DNA of 63,922 nucleotides, filler included, from Chrysochromulina tobinii (GCA_001275005.1; 7 parts of 7 records of this genome joined end to end with filler, not necessarily neighbours in it), one strand, 5' to 3'; counted from the first letter of the whole stretch, positions 20,954-31,740 are shown. Numbers and translations: made by a program. The notes: a model not told the origin generated them from the sequence alone.

Positions 20954-23731
20954 TTACCAGGTGGTGTAACTCCACAGATACAACTGGAATCCACTCCGGC
21001 CCTTCACCGCATCTTGCACCGCTGTTTTCCCTGCATCTCCCAAATTATTGTCCCAAAGGTAGAGCCTGGTCAGCACCGCCGTGCCCGTCTGCAAGGCATC
21101 GGCGATGGCTTTGGTACCCTCGTCCCCAATCTTGTTCCCGTTGAGCCACAGCGTGGTCAACACCCTGTTGACCTTCAGCGCCTCCGCGATCGCCTTGGCA
21201 CCCTCAACCTTGATGTAGTTGTACCCGAGGTCCAGGGTGGTCACCACCGCGTTGACCTTCAGCGCCTCCGCGATCGCCTTGGCACCCTCATCCCCGATGC
21301 TGTTGCTCCGGAGGTCCAGGGTGGTGACTACCGCGTTGACCTTCAGCGCCTCTGCGATCGCCTTGGCACCCTCGTCGCCGATCTTGTTGCCGCCGAGCTC
21401 GAGCTTGGTCACCACCGCCGTGCCCGACTGCAAGGCGTCAGCGATGGCTTTGGCACCCTCGTAGCCGATGCTGTTGCCGTACAACTCCAGGTTGCTCAAC
21501 GCCGGCATGAACTTGGTAGCAATGAGGAGAGCGATGACCTTGCAGTCGCCATCCGTCAACCCCTTATGAGACCATTTGAGTTCAGTGGCAGACCGCACTT
21601 GCTTAAGCGAAGCTCCAACCTTCGCAAAGAAGGCCGCCTTCTCAGCTTCTGTCGGCGGGGGCGGCGGGGGCAACCCGCTGCCACCGATTGCGGCCCCGAT
21701 AATTGATCCCACTCCCGCACCCACCACCATCCCCATGGCCCCCCCCATCATCCCCACCGCCTGACCCATCGTTGCGCCCGTCATCATCGCCCCTCCAATG
21801 CCGATCGCCGTGGTGGTCGCGGCGGCAGCGGCTCCTCCCACTGCCGCCTGCGCCGCATCTGTCAGATCACCCCAACGAATGATCTTGCCACTGTGAAGCT
21901 TTGGCTGCTTGTGCCTTCCTTCTGCATCGCAAATTTTCCTCAATTGCCCCTTCAACGGCTGAGCGTAAGGATTTTCAGCAGGAGGCGATTCGTACTCAAT
22001 GAGGTAGGCGGGGAACGCTCGGTGATTCTCGTAAACGATTGCCTCGATATTTGCATGCGAGGTGTTTGAATGGCATCCTGGCGTCGGGAGCTTCGATTCT
22101 GGTTTCGTGAGGTTTTCGGGTCCGGGAGGCACAAGAGCTCGGACGCCCATCTTTCCGAGCGTAACACGCGCCAACAGGATGGTCTTCGTCACACCCATGC
22201 CTTGGTCGCGCGTCTTACGCTCAAAGTACATAGAGAGGCGCGGATCTGCTGCAAAGTAGATGCCCACACCGTACGCATTGTAAACCTCGGACGCATATTG
22301 CGTCATGAAGCCGTTTTTGATGTTCTCTTGCATGGAATCATTCCCGTTGAAGAGCCACACCTCATTCGGGTCACCACCGTTTTGTTCCTTGATCATCTCT
22401 CGCATATCTTTGTAAATGCGATACTGGGCTTCATTGTCATTGCGCACCACCCTTTTCACGACGAGGCCGGGAGTCTTGGCGAAAATCTTGAAGGCGTTGC
22501 CAACGACTGCCGTTTCTTCGGCGTCGCACACGATTTGTTGTGCCGGCCGAGGCGGCAGCTTTGGAGCCTTTGGAGCCTTTGGAGCCCGAAATACCTGGTA
22601 GGGGTGCGGCGTGGGCTTCGGACGGCCGAACAGTCCGCCATCGCCGTCTCCGTCGTCGTCGTCGCCGAATAGGCCACCGCTGCCGCCCTTGGGCTTCGCA
22701 GCCGGCGGCGCGGCGGCGGGCGGCTTGGGAGGCGCCGCGGGGACCTCTGAAGGTACGGTTGGTACCGCCTGGGAAAGAAGCTTGCGAATTAATGCCTGTC
22801 GTGCAGACTTGAGCTTCGTCGTCTTCGCTTGCGCCACCTCCTTCGCCTCCCGACGCTCAGCCTGGTCCTGTGAGACGGCCGCCTGCCGCTCCTTCTCTGC
22901 CGCCGCCAGTCTTGCGGACTTGGGCTTCATCGTCTTTGCTGGCGCCGCGTCCTCCGCCGCTCGGAGCTCAGCCTGGGCCTGGGAGAGCTGCGGCGGGTAG
23001 CCCTGCCGCAGCGGCATTCCCTGCTGCTGCGGAGAGTGCACTTGAAGCGGCATGCCTCCCTGCTGCGGCGGGTACGCCATGAGCCGCTCGATCGCGAGAT
23101 CCACGTCATACCTCGTTGCCGCGAGCGCCCTATACGCTTGGTCCTCGGTGAAGCCGGTGGTGGTGATGGCGCCTAAGGTATTATTCCAGAAATTCGCACT
23201 CTCCTCGCCGGCCTTCTCCGCCGCCCGCTCGGCCTGGGCCTGTGAGAGCTGCGGTGTGTACGGTACCTTGCAGATCTGAGCCTCCGAGTCGGGTGAGACG
23301 AGCATGTCCCAGATTCCATAGCACCCGAAGTTGACAGAGACTCGGCGATTCTTGTCAGGCAAGTCCACAGTGCAGGCCCCGAGAACCGTACCAACGTCGT
23401 TTTTCATGAGTTCTGCCCGATTGATGCGCGAGACCACTTTGTCACCTTTGGCGAAGCCACCAAGAAGCGGAACGTCAAGCTGTAGCTTCTTGGGCGCACC
23501 ACCAAAGAGCCCATACTTGCGCATCATACTGAACTCATCGAAATCGATTTCTTGGAACCACCCGCTCACCTCCCCGTCCACGACTTCACCCATCCCGATG
23601 CGGCGTGCGGCCGGAAACTTTTCGTGGCTCCTCTGCAGACGGCGAGCGGCGATTGTCCTCGAACGGCTTGAGCAGTCGCTGAGCGCTTCGTTGCCCATGA
23701 GCGCCGAAATAATCCGGTCTTCTTGATCCAT
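20954..23731 (-). CDS. UBA, PARP-type ADP-ribosyltransferase domain and RI-type LRR protein; intronless
   Basis: UBA-like GFTEDQAYRALAATRYDVDLAIERL; PARP-like NEVWLFNG..YGVGIYFA..SMYF..ILLARVTLG..EAIVYENHRAFPAYLIEY; about six 28-aa LRRs of the form LxLxxNxIGDEGAKAIAEALKVN. Confidence 0.85.
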   Translation of the reverse strand: MDQEDRIISALMGNEALSDCSSRSRTIAARRLQRSHEKFPAARRIGMGEVVDGEVSGWFQEIDFDEFSMMRKYGLFGGAPKKLQLDVPLLGGFAKGDKVVSRINRAELMKNDVGTVLGACTVDLPDKNRRVSVNFGCYGIWDMLVSPDSEAQICKVPYTPQLSQAQAERAAEKAGEESANFWNNTLGAITTTGFTEDQAYRALAATRYDVDLAIERLMAYPPQQGGMPLQVHSPQQQGMPLRQGYPPQLSQAQAELRAAEDAAPAKTMKPKSARLAAAEKERQAAVSQDQAERREAKEVAQAKTTKLKSARQALIRKLLSQAVPTVPSEVPAAPPKPPAAAPPAAKPKGGSGGLFGDDDDGDGDGGLFGRPKPTPHPYQVFRAPKAPKAPKLPPRPAQQIVCDAEETAVVGNAFKIFAKTPGLVVKRVVRNDNEAQYRIYKDMREMIKEQNGGDPNEVWLFNGNDSMQENIKNGFMTQYASEVYNAYGVGIYFAADPRLSMYFERKTRDQGMGVTKTILLARVTLGKMGVRALVPPGPENLTKPESKLPTPGCHSNTSHANIEAIVYENHRAFPAYLIEYESPPAENPYAQPLKGQLRKICDAEGRHKQPKLHSGKIIRWGDLTDAAQAAVGGAAAAATTTAIGIGGAMMTGATMGQAVGMMGGAMGMVVGAGVGSIIGAAIGGSGLPPPPPPTEAEKAAFFAKVGASLKQVRSATELKWSHKGLTDGDCKVIALLIATKFMPALSNLELYGNSIGYEGAKAIADALQSGTAVVTKLELGGNKIGDEGAKAIAEALKVNAVVTTLDLRSNSIGDEGAKAIAEALKVNAVVTTLDLGYNYIKVEGAKAIAEALKVNRVLTTLWLNGNKIGDEGTKAIADALQTGTAVLTRLYLWDNNLGDAGKTAVQDAVKGRSGFQLYLWSYTTW

Positions 23732-24204
23732 GCTGGCCCTCTGTTGGGTATGCGATTGCGTCTCACGATCCGCTATGCGTGCACCTTGGATGAGCGAGCG
23801 AGAGCGAGTGCAGAGCGCGTACCACACTTCGCGAGCGAGGAAGAATGCGAGCACGACCGTTTTCTTTGTCACAACCGACGATCTAACGAAGCCGCGCGCG
23901 CGCGCGCGCGGACGGGCGACCTGATCGGTCGGCAGAATACCCACTGATGACCCAGAGGCCTATATATACCGATCGTTTCGCCCTGTGGGTCCTTCAAGAG
24001 TGTGCGGGAGCACGCTCCGGCTCACAGCCGTTTCACACAGAGCTGCTGATGACCGCCAATCAACCCAACGCGACCACGGGCGCGACCAACACACAGGAAA
24101 TTCTCTGATTGAGCGGATCATCTCCGGGGGGGTCGCGCGCCGCCGCCCGCACTCCCACGGCACTCTTCTTTCCACGAGGATCAAAGTGTCAGGAATTTGG
24201 CGAG

Positions 24205-27200
24205 ATGCGTGAGAGATTGAGTGCTGATTTGGGCGTCCCGACGTCAGACTTCATGGTATCCGACTATTCCCAGGCCTGGTCTCCGCCCCTCTGCTCAGAT
24301 CCCACGCTCCGATCGACTCTTCCGAACGGCGCCCTCGTCGAGGCATTCATCTTCCCCGACACGGGTCGCGGGCTGCGCGTCACCCGCGCCGTCGCCAAGG
24401 GCGAGGAGCTTCTCGCCGTGCCGCTGGACGACTGCTGGCACGCGGCCGACGCGCGCAAGTGCGCCGAGCTTCAGCCGCTGCTCGAGTCCGGCGCGGCTCT
24501 GAGCGATTTCGACGCGTCTGTTCTGCAGCTCTTGCTGTCGCGCGCTGGCAAGACCAGCGTGAGCGAGCTGCGCAAGGCGCACCTCGCCGAGATGCCCTCG
24601 GCGTACAACTCGACGCTGTTCTGGTCGGACGCGGACATGGCGGAGCTCAAGGGCTCGCCGTGGCAGCAGCTCGCGGAGCGGCTCGCTGAGGAGGTGGCCG
24701 CTGATTGGGCCGCGCTCCGAGCGCTCGTGAGCAGTGCGGCCACTGCGCATCCCATCCCCGAGGAGCCTGTCGACGTCGCCGACGGCGCAAGCGACGGCGC
24801 AAGCGACGGCGCGACCACGAGCAACGGCGCGCCCGCCGCCTCGTCAGCGGGCTCCTCCTCGACCATCGGCCCATGCCTCGACTTTCTCGAGGAGCACGGC
24901 ATTACGTGGGACGACTACCTGTGGGCCTACGCCACGCTCAAATCCCGCGCGGCCGAGGCGTCGGTCGAGGGCGTGAGCGGCGTGCGGCTGATGGCTCCGG
25001 GGTTTGACCTGATGAACCATGACGACTCCATCGAGCCGGGCACATCGCACTACTACGACGCAGCACGGCGGGCGCTCATCGCCGTCGCGCCGCGCGACTA
25101 CGCGGCCGGTGAGCAGGCCTGCATCTCGTACGGCGCCGCCTCGAACGGCTCGTTACTCTTAGTCGGTGGGTTCGTGCTCCCTGCCCAGCCGGGCAACCGG
25201 TTCGACCACGTCGAGATCTCGCTCACGACGCTGGTGGCGGCGCCAGACCTGACGACCTTCATGATGGCAGCGCCCGACGCGTCCGGCGCGACTGCGAAGA
25301 CGCCCTTCGAGTTCACGCAAGTGCCCGACGACGCTGCGATCGCGGCCGCGGGCTGCGCGGCTCCCTTCACCACAAAGCACTTGCTGATGCAGGCTGAGCC
25401 GCTGCCGCAGCCGTTGCTCACGTACGTGCGGCTCGACCGGTTGAACGGGGAGGACCTCGAGCTGTACGCGAAGCGCGCGCAGAAGGCGGGTGAGCCGCTG
25501 CACGAGGCGGTGCACGCAAGCCCGTATTGCATGCAAGTGCTCACCATGGCGCCCCACTCCCCACAGGTGAGCCGCTGCACGAGGCGGTGCGCAAGCCCGC
25601 GCCGCTCGATGCTCTAAACGAGGTGCTCTCGCTTGGGGCGCTGCGAGGGGTTGTCGCTTCGATGCGGGACGGGTACCCGACCACGGCAGACGAGGACGAG
25701 GCGCTGCTCGCGCGCGGCTTTAGCGCATTGGGTGAGCGCAAATGGTGCGCCGTCACGCTGCGCCTGTCGGAGAAGAGGTACGCTGATGGCCACTGATGAC
25801 CTGCCTCGCATGCAAGTGCTCACCACAGCGCCATCTCCCCACAGAATCCTCGGAGCGTCGCTCTCTGCCATCGACGCATGCCTCCTTCCACAGCTGAGGG
25901 CGCTCCTGGAGGACGCGGCCAAGCAGGAGGCGGCGTGCCGTCGTTCGGGCAAGCCGTGGAGTGAGTTGCTCACTCGGCGTGCCACGACGCTCGAGGCCTC
26001 GACGGCGCGCATGCATCGGGTCTTCGAGCGGTTACATGCGTCCAATTTGGGCGAGGGTATGCTCACTACGGCGCTCCTCGCGCAGGCATGCACCGCCTTC
26101 TTTATGCTGCTGGCCGTGCCGCCCCTCGCCAGCCACCCGCTCGCGGCGCACACGGCCTTTGTGCCCGCCGCATGGCCCTTTGGCAGCGAGGTCGCAGCTC
26201 CCGGGAGTGGTGCTGGAGCTACCACCACCGGGAGTGGTGCTGGAGCTACCACCGGGAGTGATGCTGGAGCGCTCCCGCCGCTCCCGCCTCTCAAGCCTGA
26301 GATGCTCGCCGTCTCCTCCTCCTCCTCCTCCTCTTCCTCGCCGACGTCGCTGCCTTATCTCGAGCTCTACCGATCCAAAATGGCCTTCTGGGGCGCCTAC
26401 CTCTTGTCCCAGTGGGGCGTGGCACGCGCATTGTCGGTGGCGGAGTCCTCCACCATGCAGCGCGAAGCGGAAGCGCTGCGCCGCGAGTACGCTTGATGGA
26501 CGCTTGATGGACGCTTGATTGTCGCTTGATGGACGCTGGATGGTCGCTTGATTGGCGCTTGGTTTGCGCTTGATGGACGCTTGATTTGCGCTTGATAGTC
26601 GCTTGATCGCTGCTTGATGAACGCTTGATTGCCTTCATCAGGTACGCCTGGAGTGTGCCTACCGAGACTGCGCTGGCGACCCTCGCGCGGTACGCTCCGA
26701 TCATCGAGCTAGGCGCGGGCACCGGCCACTGGGCCGCTTTGCTTCGCGCGCGCGGCGTCGATGTGCTTGCGTACGACACCCGCTGCTGGTCGGATGCGTT
26801 CGCCGACGCTGATGCCTCGGGCGGCACGGCGGGAGGCCAGGCGGGAGGGGCGTCCACGGGGTCGGCGGCGCCGGGTGGGGTCGCCACAGGCACGAGCCTC
26901 ATCGAGGGCGATCGCGACTTGTGCGTCGCAGAGGGGGGGCCGGAGGCCGCCGCCGCCCATGCAGGTCGCGCCCTGCTCCTTGCATGGCCGGACTACCGTG
27001 GGCTGGGCACGTATGCCAGCTGCTGCCTCGCACAGTACACTGGCTCGACGCTCCTTTTGCTCGGGGAGTGGCGCGGGCGCACCCTCGGCGTGCATGCACC
27101 GCCGGGCATGGGCGAGCATGGGCAGTCGTTCTCGGCCGCCTTCCAAATGAAGGTCGAGGCCGAGTGGCGCCTTGTTGAGCAAGAACGGCTGCCCAGCTGG

Positions 27201-27257
27201 CCTTTCTTCATCGACTCGCTCATGGTGTGGACGCGGAGCGGAGAGTGTGACGGCTGA
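24205..27257 (+). CDS. SET-domain (Rubisco-LSMT/SETD3-like) lysine methyltransferase fused to a class I SAM-dependent methyltransferase; exons 24205-25489, 25567-25777, 25845-26486, 26642-27257
   Basis: GRGLRVTR, WAYATLKSRA, MAPGFDLMNH, ISYG..SNGSLL, YPTTADEDEALL, RLSEK|RIL; C-terminal YAWSVP..IIELGAGTGHWA..VLAYD..LLLAWP. The three GT-AG introns preserve the frame. Confidence 0.8.
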
Positions 27258-27462
27258 GACGCTGTGGCGTGTGGGGTTGTCATGGGGTTGCTTGGCTCTC
27301 AAAATCTCTCTCACAAGGGGAGCACAAAACGTACGGGCAGGTTCGTTCATCGGTTGTACCTAGCTTCCTTTTTAGGTCCTGTTTTCAAGTTTCTAGCTAA
27401 CCCGCGCGCGGCTCCACATTCGTATAATTACGCCGACTCTCTGTCGCGACTTCGTCTTTCGC

Positions 27463-28515
27463 ATGATGGCCTCTGGGGACTCGTCGGCGACCAGTACAAT
27501 TGACGAGGTGCTTTGGAGTACCAGTCTACCATCGACGAAGTATTCGCTGCAGGCGATACAACTTCAGGAACAGCTTCACGACTTTGAACGCCATCAGAAG
27601 GAAGCACTTCGGCCCAGGAGAGAGTCCGCCCGCTTCCACAGTGCGGAGGAGTTCATGGGAATTCAGTGCATGCTGGTGCTGCCCGGCAGGACCGCAGAAA
27701 GAAAGCTTCGCCGCGCTTGCCAGCAAGGGAATTCGGAGGAGGTCCGCGGACTGCTCGCCGCAGGCTGTGAGCCAGCGGCGACCGACGAGGCCTTCGAGCG
27801 CACCGCCCTGCACTGGGCAGCGCTGAGCGGCGATGTCGAAGTCGGAGAGCTGCTTTTTACACACCCTTCAACCATATCGCTCTTCGATGCCCAGGACCTG
27901 TCCAATTTCACCGCCCTGCACATCGCTGCAGAGCGCGGGCACACGGGCTTCATTGAGTTACTCATACGGCACAGGGCGGATCCGTTGCTTCGAACGTCGG
28001 CGGGGAACACGCCGCTGCACTACGCGGCCTTCAACAACCACATCGAGGCAGCGCAGTTCATTCTCAACACGTCGATCTCGAATTCGCAGGACCTCGATCT
28101 CGAATTCGACGTGACGTTAAGCAACATGCGCAACAATGACAGACAGACTCCGATCGAGCTGGCACAGAGCCGGGGCCATTTGCTCCTCGCATCACGTCTT
28201 GAAGACATACTCGAAGACTTTGTGAGGCCTATTATTGAGCACAACGAGATGCTGGCGAGCCACGGCCTATTAGTCGTGAACCACAGAATACAAAGCGCCT
28301 ATCTCGAGAGCATAAATCAGACCATCGCCGAGAACGTTGCATCTCGCCCTCTCGCCCCGTGCGATCGCAGAGGGTTAAGAGGGTTTGAGACATCTCCCTG
28401 GGGCACAAAACCGGCTGCCGCCCAACAGCTAAGGGATCGCATTCAAGAGCACCGAGGCATCCAAATCCACAGACTACAACCGAACTACACCGACTTCAAT
28501 CGACCGGTACGGTAG
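27463..28515 (+). CDS. Ankyrin-repeat protein
   Basis: RTALHWAA, FTALHIAAERGH, GNTPLHYAAFNNH, QTPIELA. Confidence 0.9.
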   Translation: MMASGDSSATSTIDEVLWSTSLPSTKYSLQAIQLQEQLHDFERHQKEALRPRRESARFHSAEEFMGIQCMLVLPGRTAERKLRRACQQGNSEEVRGLLAAGCEPAATDEAFERTALHWAALSGDVEVGELLFTHPSTISLFDAQDLSNFTALHIAAERGHTGFIELLIRHRADPLLRTSAGNTPLHYAAFNNHIEAAQFILNTSISNSQDLDLEFDVTLSNMRNNDRQTPIELAQSRGHLLLASRLEDILEDFVRPIIEHNEMLASHGLLVVNHRIQSAYLESINQTIAENVASRPLAPCDRRGLRGFETSPWGTKPAAAQQLRDRIQEHRGIQIHRLQPNYTDFNRPVR

Positions 28516-28710
28516 TTCGACCGGTGGCGTGGGCTTACTCGTATACTTGGCACTTAGGCTTAGCCTTGGCGCTCCGCTTAGGGGGCGCGAGACGTCTCCG
28601 ATCGAGAAAGCCACCGGCCAGTGCTCCAGCCGACTGTATAGTTTGAGAAAGTTTCATACTCTAAGAGTTAAGCCAAATTAGGGGAAGTATAATACTACGA
28701 AGAAGTACGA

Positions 28711-30087
28711 TTACACTAACTCTGGCGCTAACGCAGGAATAGAGTACTCCATACTTACAGAACTTAGGTACTTGCCCAATGAGCTCAAGCGTACACTTCC
28801 AGAGGAAAATAGCGCCCTCGGCGAGAGAACTTCGGCGCGCACTTCGGCCGCGGCAGCAAGGCGGGCGCTCGTGACGGCGCTCCCCATGCGGGACCCATTG
28901 CCATTCTTGCTGCCGTGGCCGTGCTTGGTGGATTCCACACGAGTCGCAGGCACCAGCAGCACCTCGATCAAGGCGTGGGCGGGCAGGCGGATAGCGCCGC
29001 CCTCGATGCCGTCGAGTGCGGTGCAGGGCAGGCTGAGCACTCCGGCCGCGGCCGCAAGGTTAGCATTGAAGCTCGCGCGGCAGATCAGCTGCCCTGAGCG
29101 CGACTTATCGCGCACCGTGAGCACCACATCGCCGCACACGAGCACCGGAGCGTCGCCTCGACTCATGCTCTCGTACGCGTAGGAGCAAAGGCGCTCTGAT
29201 CCGTCCTCCTCCCCTGGCTCCTCCCCTACACGATACTCTGTCTCGACCCTCCTCGCCGAGGTACTCGCATAGAGAGCCTTTGGACCGGAGCTCAAGAGCT
29301 GCATCAAGAGCACGCACGGCGCCGGGTGGAGCACCGGAAAGCCACGCAGTACCACACCACGCAGCTCGCACCACTGCCCAGCAGCGACGTCAAAAAAAGG
29401 GCCCGTCTGGCTTTGGGCCCCATCGACGCCTTCAGCGTCCTCCATCGCACTCGCCACCTTGCGTTGCAAGGTCTCGCCATCGGCATTCTTAGGGAAGAAG
29501 TTTCCCGATATGAGCGGCATCGTGCTCAGCGGGAAGGCCTCCGCGACGATGCCGAGCCGCAGCCGCATGTAAGACGCATAGCCGACTATCAGCACCGTGA
29601 GCAGCACCGAAAATATGATGGACGGTGAGGCGGCGCCCCAGGAATACGCGATCAATACGCACATCAACGAGAACACCGTTCGGAGAAGCGTACTCAAGAT
29701 CTCGTCGAATTCGTCCAACATGCTGTCGACCGCAGAGTGTATAGAGCCCTCAGGTCCGCGCAGTGCCTGGCCCGGGCCAAGCATGGAGAGCATGGTCGTG
29801 CCGAGCACATTGCGAAGCGAGAGGCACATGACTATCGTCATGCCCGTGATGACTAGTACCTGGGCGAGCGTCGACTCGTCACCTGGTCGAGCGTCGACCC
29901 CCGAGTTACCCGTAAACCAGGTCATCTGAGTATGCACGAAAGATGAGTACATGCAGCCTGCAAGCAACGCCGAGATGTGGCCAACCACATGGCAATTCTT
30001 GGAGTAGAAATGGAGCTCGCGCTCGCGGATGTGGATCAGTCTCAGCCTGAACCGGTTTTCGAGCGCCTTCTTCTCGGCGAAGATCAT
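28711..30087 (-). CDS. Four-TM Orai-like/PGG-like membrane domain plus a PTEN/tensin-type C2 domain
   Basis: ERELHFY..SALLAG TM1 and GPGQALRGPEGS motifs with four hydrophobic segments; C-terminal VCGDVVLTV..ICRASFNA..LSLPCTALD. Confidence 0.55.
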   Translation of the reverse strand: MIFAEKKALENRFRLRLIHIRERELHFYSKNCHVVGHISALLAGCMYSSFVHTQMTWFTGNSGVDARPGDESTLAQVLVITGMTIVMCLSLRNVLGTTMLSMLGPGQALRGPEGSIHSAVDSMLDEFDEILSTLLRTVFSLMCVLIAYSWGAASPSIIFSVLLTVLIVGYASYMRLRLGIVAEAFPLSTMPLISGNFFPKNADGETLQRKVASAMEDAEGVDGAQSQTGPFFDVAAGQWCELRGVVLRGFPVLHPAPCVLLMQLLSSGPKALYASTSARRVETEYRVGEEPGEEDGSERLCSYAYESMSRGDAPVLVCGDVVLTVRDKSRSGQLICRASFNANLAAAAGVLSLPCTALDGIEGGAIRLPAHALIEVLLVPATRVESTKHGHGSKNGNGSRMGSAVTSARLAAAAEVRAEVLSPRALFSSGSVRLSSLGKYLSSVSMEYSIPALAPELV

Positions 30088-30210
30088 GGTGGGGTGACTG
30101 GCGCGGTAGGTCCTCTCTACCACATGCACAGTCCTCCCCGACACTGTCGGCTACACGAGCGTTTCCCTGCGGCAACGCGCGGGGGAAGAACTCCGACGAG
30201 GGAATGAAGA

Positions 30211-30256
<46 letters not shown>

Positions 30257-30356
30257 NNNNNNNNNNNNNNNNNNNNNNNNNNNNNNNNNNNNNNNNNNNN
30301 TTAATTAATTAANNNNNNNNNNNNNNNNNNNNNNNNNNNNNNNNNNNNNNNNNNNN
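30257..30356. other. Artificial contig linker
   Basis: N44-TTAATTAATTAA-N44. Confidence 0.99.
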
Positions 30357-30516
30357 TGGCAAAAAGCGCACGGGCCTCGCGCGAACGCAGCCGCGACTAG
30401 CGTAAGAGACGAGGAGAGCCGGAACACGGCCTCGCGCCGCGCCGTCGCGGCCCTCAGCCAGCCGACAACCGCCATCGCGCGCTGTCGCGGCGAAGCTCGA
30501 AACGGTTTGGCTCGTG

Positions 30517-30615
30517 CTAGACTTTTGGAAATGAATTTCCCAAAGTCGCCGCTCGTGGCACGGTGTGCGACATCCCTGGCTTTTGTTAGAAAAAAACGGG
30601 TTCACACGAGTCAAC
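30517..30615. repeat. Left arm of an imperfect inverted repeat (partner at 33108-33231)
   Basis: Shared blocks CTAGACTTT, AAATGAATTTCCCAA, GCACGRTGTGCGAC, CCTGGCTTTT, GGGTTCACACGAGTCAAC. Confidence 0.8.
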
Positions 30616-30693
30616 GAAACGGTTGGCTGCGGCACGCGAGCGGTGGAGACGCGCGGACCGTCCGGACTGCCGGCTGGAGGTATCGTACGGGTC

Positions 30694-31455
30694 ATGCCGA
30701 CTCCACCGTCCACCGAGCGCGACGTAAGGGTGCAGCGCCTCATCGAGCTTGACGCCACCGACTTTTACAACCGACGCGCAAAGTGGGTTCTTGTTCCGGT
30801 GCTCGCGATGTACATCTTTCATTCGGTTTTCCTATCTCGCGGCCAGCGCTCCGACACGAGGAGCATCAGCGGTGAAGGCCTCGCAATGGATCTCGTCGCC
30901 CCACTGCCACTGCCCCTGCTGCACGCGCATTCATGCGGCGCGATCGTCCTCGTTCTGCTTACGCTTCTTCAAAAGGAGACGGTGCCCGGCATGCTCCGCG
31001 CACCGACAAAGGACGGAAGCCGGCCACTTGGTCTCGCGACTTCGGGCGCGCGTTTGCACCGCCGGCTCGGCTACGGCTGCCTGATGGCGCTCGCGGTGAT
31101 GGATGCCGCGGGCTACGCCATGGGCCGCTACAGCGCCTTTGCCAATTTCGACACTTTCTCGGTGCTCTTCGCCCTGCCGTTTGCCGCGTGGCTCGTCGCC
31201 ATTCCGCTGACCGCGCGCTGCGGCTGGATGCGATCTCACCGGCTGGCGTCGAATATGCTCCTTAAAGGATGCATCGCGACCCCGCTCAGCCGGCTCGGGG
31301 GCGCACTGCTGCAGCACCGCGGCTGGCCGACGGCCGCGGGATATTACTCGGGTATCTTCGGCGTTGCGTCGGTCGTTGCGCTCTGGCAAGCCGCCGACCT
31401 CGTCTTGATGTGGAGGGAAGTGCGGAGGGAGCGTGGCGACTCCAAGGCGTTGTAG
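30694..31455 (+). CDS. Multi-pass membrane protein (DUF2306-like His motifs)
   Basis: Five to six hydrophobic segments; H..CG, LHRRLGY and HRL motifs. Confidence 0.6.
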   Translation: MPTPPSTERDVRVQRLIELDATDFYNRRAKWVLVPVLAMYIFHSVFLSRGQRSDTRSISGEGLAMDLVAPLPLPLLHAHSCGAIVLVLLTLLQKETVPGMLRAPTKDGSRPLGLATSGARLHRRLGYGCLMALAVMDAAGYAMGRYSAFANFDTFSVLFALPFAAWLVAIPLTARCGWMRSHRLASNMLLKGCIATPLSRLGGALLQHRGWPTAAGYYSGIFGVASVVALWQAADLVLMWREVRRERGDSKAL

Positions 31456-31740
31456 CGTCACCGCGCGCGAAATTGCGTTTTCGATTAGACTGTGTCCTCC
31501 AGCTCTCCCAATTGAGCTCTCCAAGATGTGTTTTGCAATTGGTGTTTTGAGATATGGGCATGAAAGGACCAAGTTGTACATGTACATGTACTTACGCGAC
31601 TTAAATATTGAAATCGGCGGTAAAGTTTAAGTTTGACTGGGAATTTCTCAACAACACCTGTTCACACAATCGCTCCCGGGTCGGCTCGCGTGGGGCAACG
31701 CCGAGCTGGGGCCCTTGGCCGGACGTTGGATACGAGGACG

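Noticed and set aside
30213..30256. Poly-T run as a retroelement tail
   Set aside because: It ends at a contig break, so no element body or TSD can be seen.
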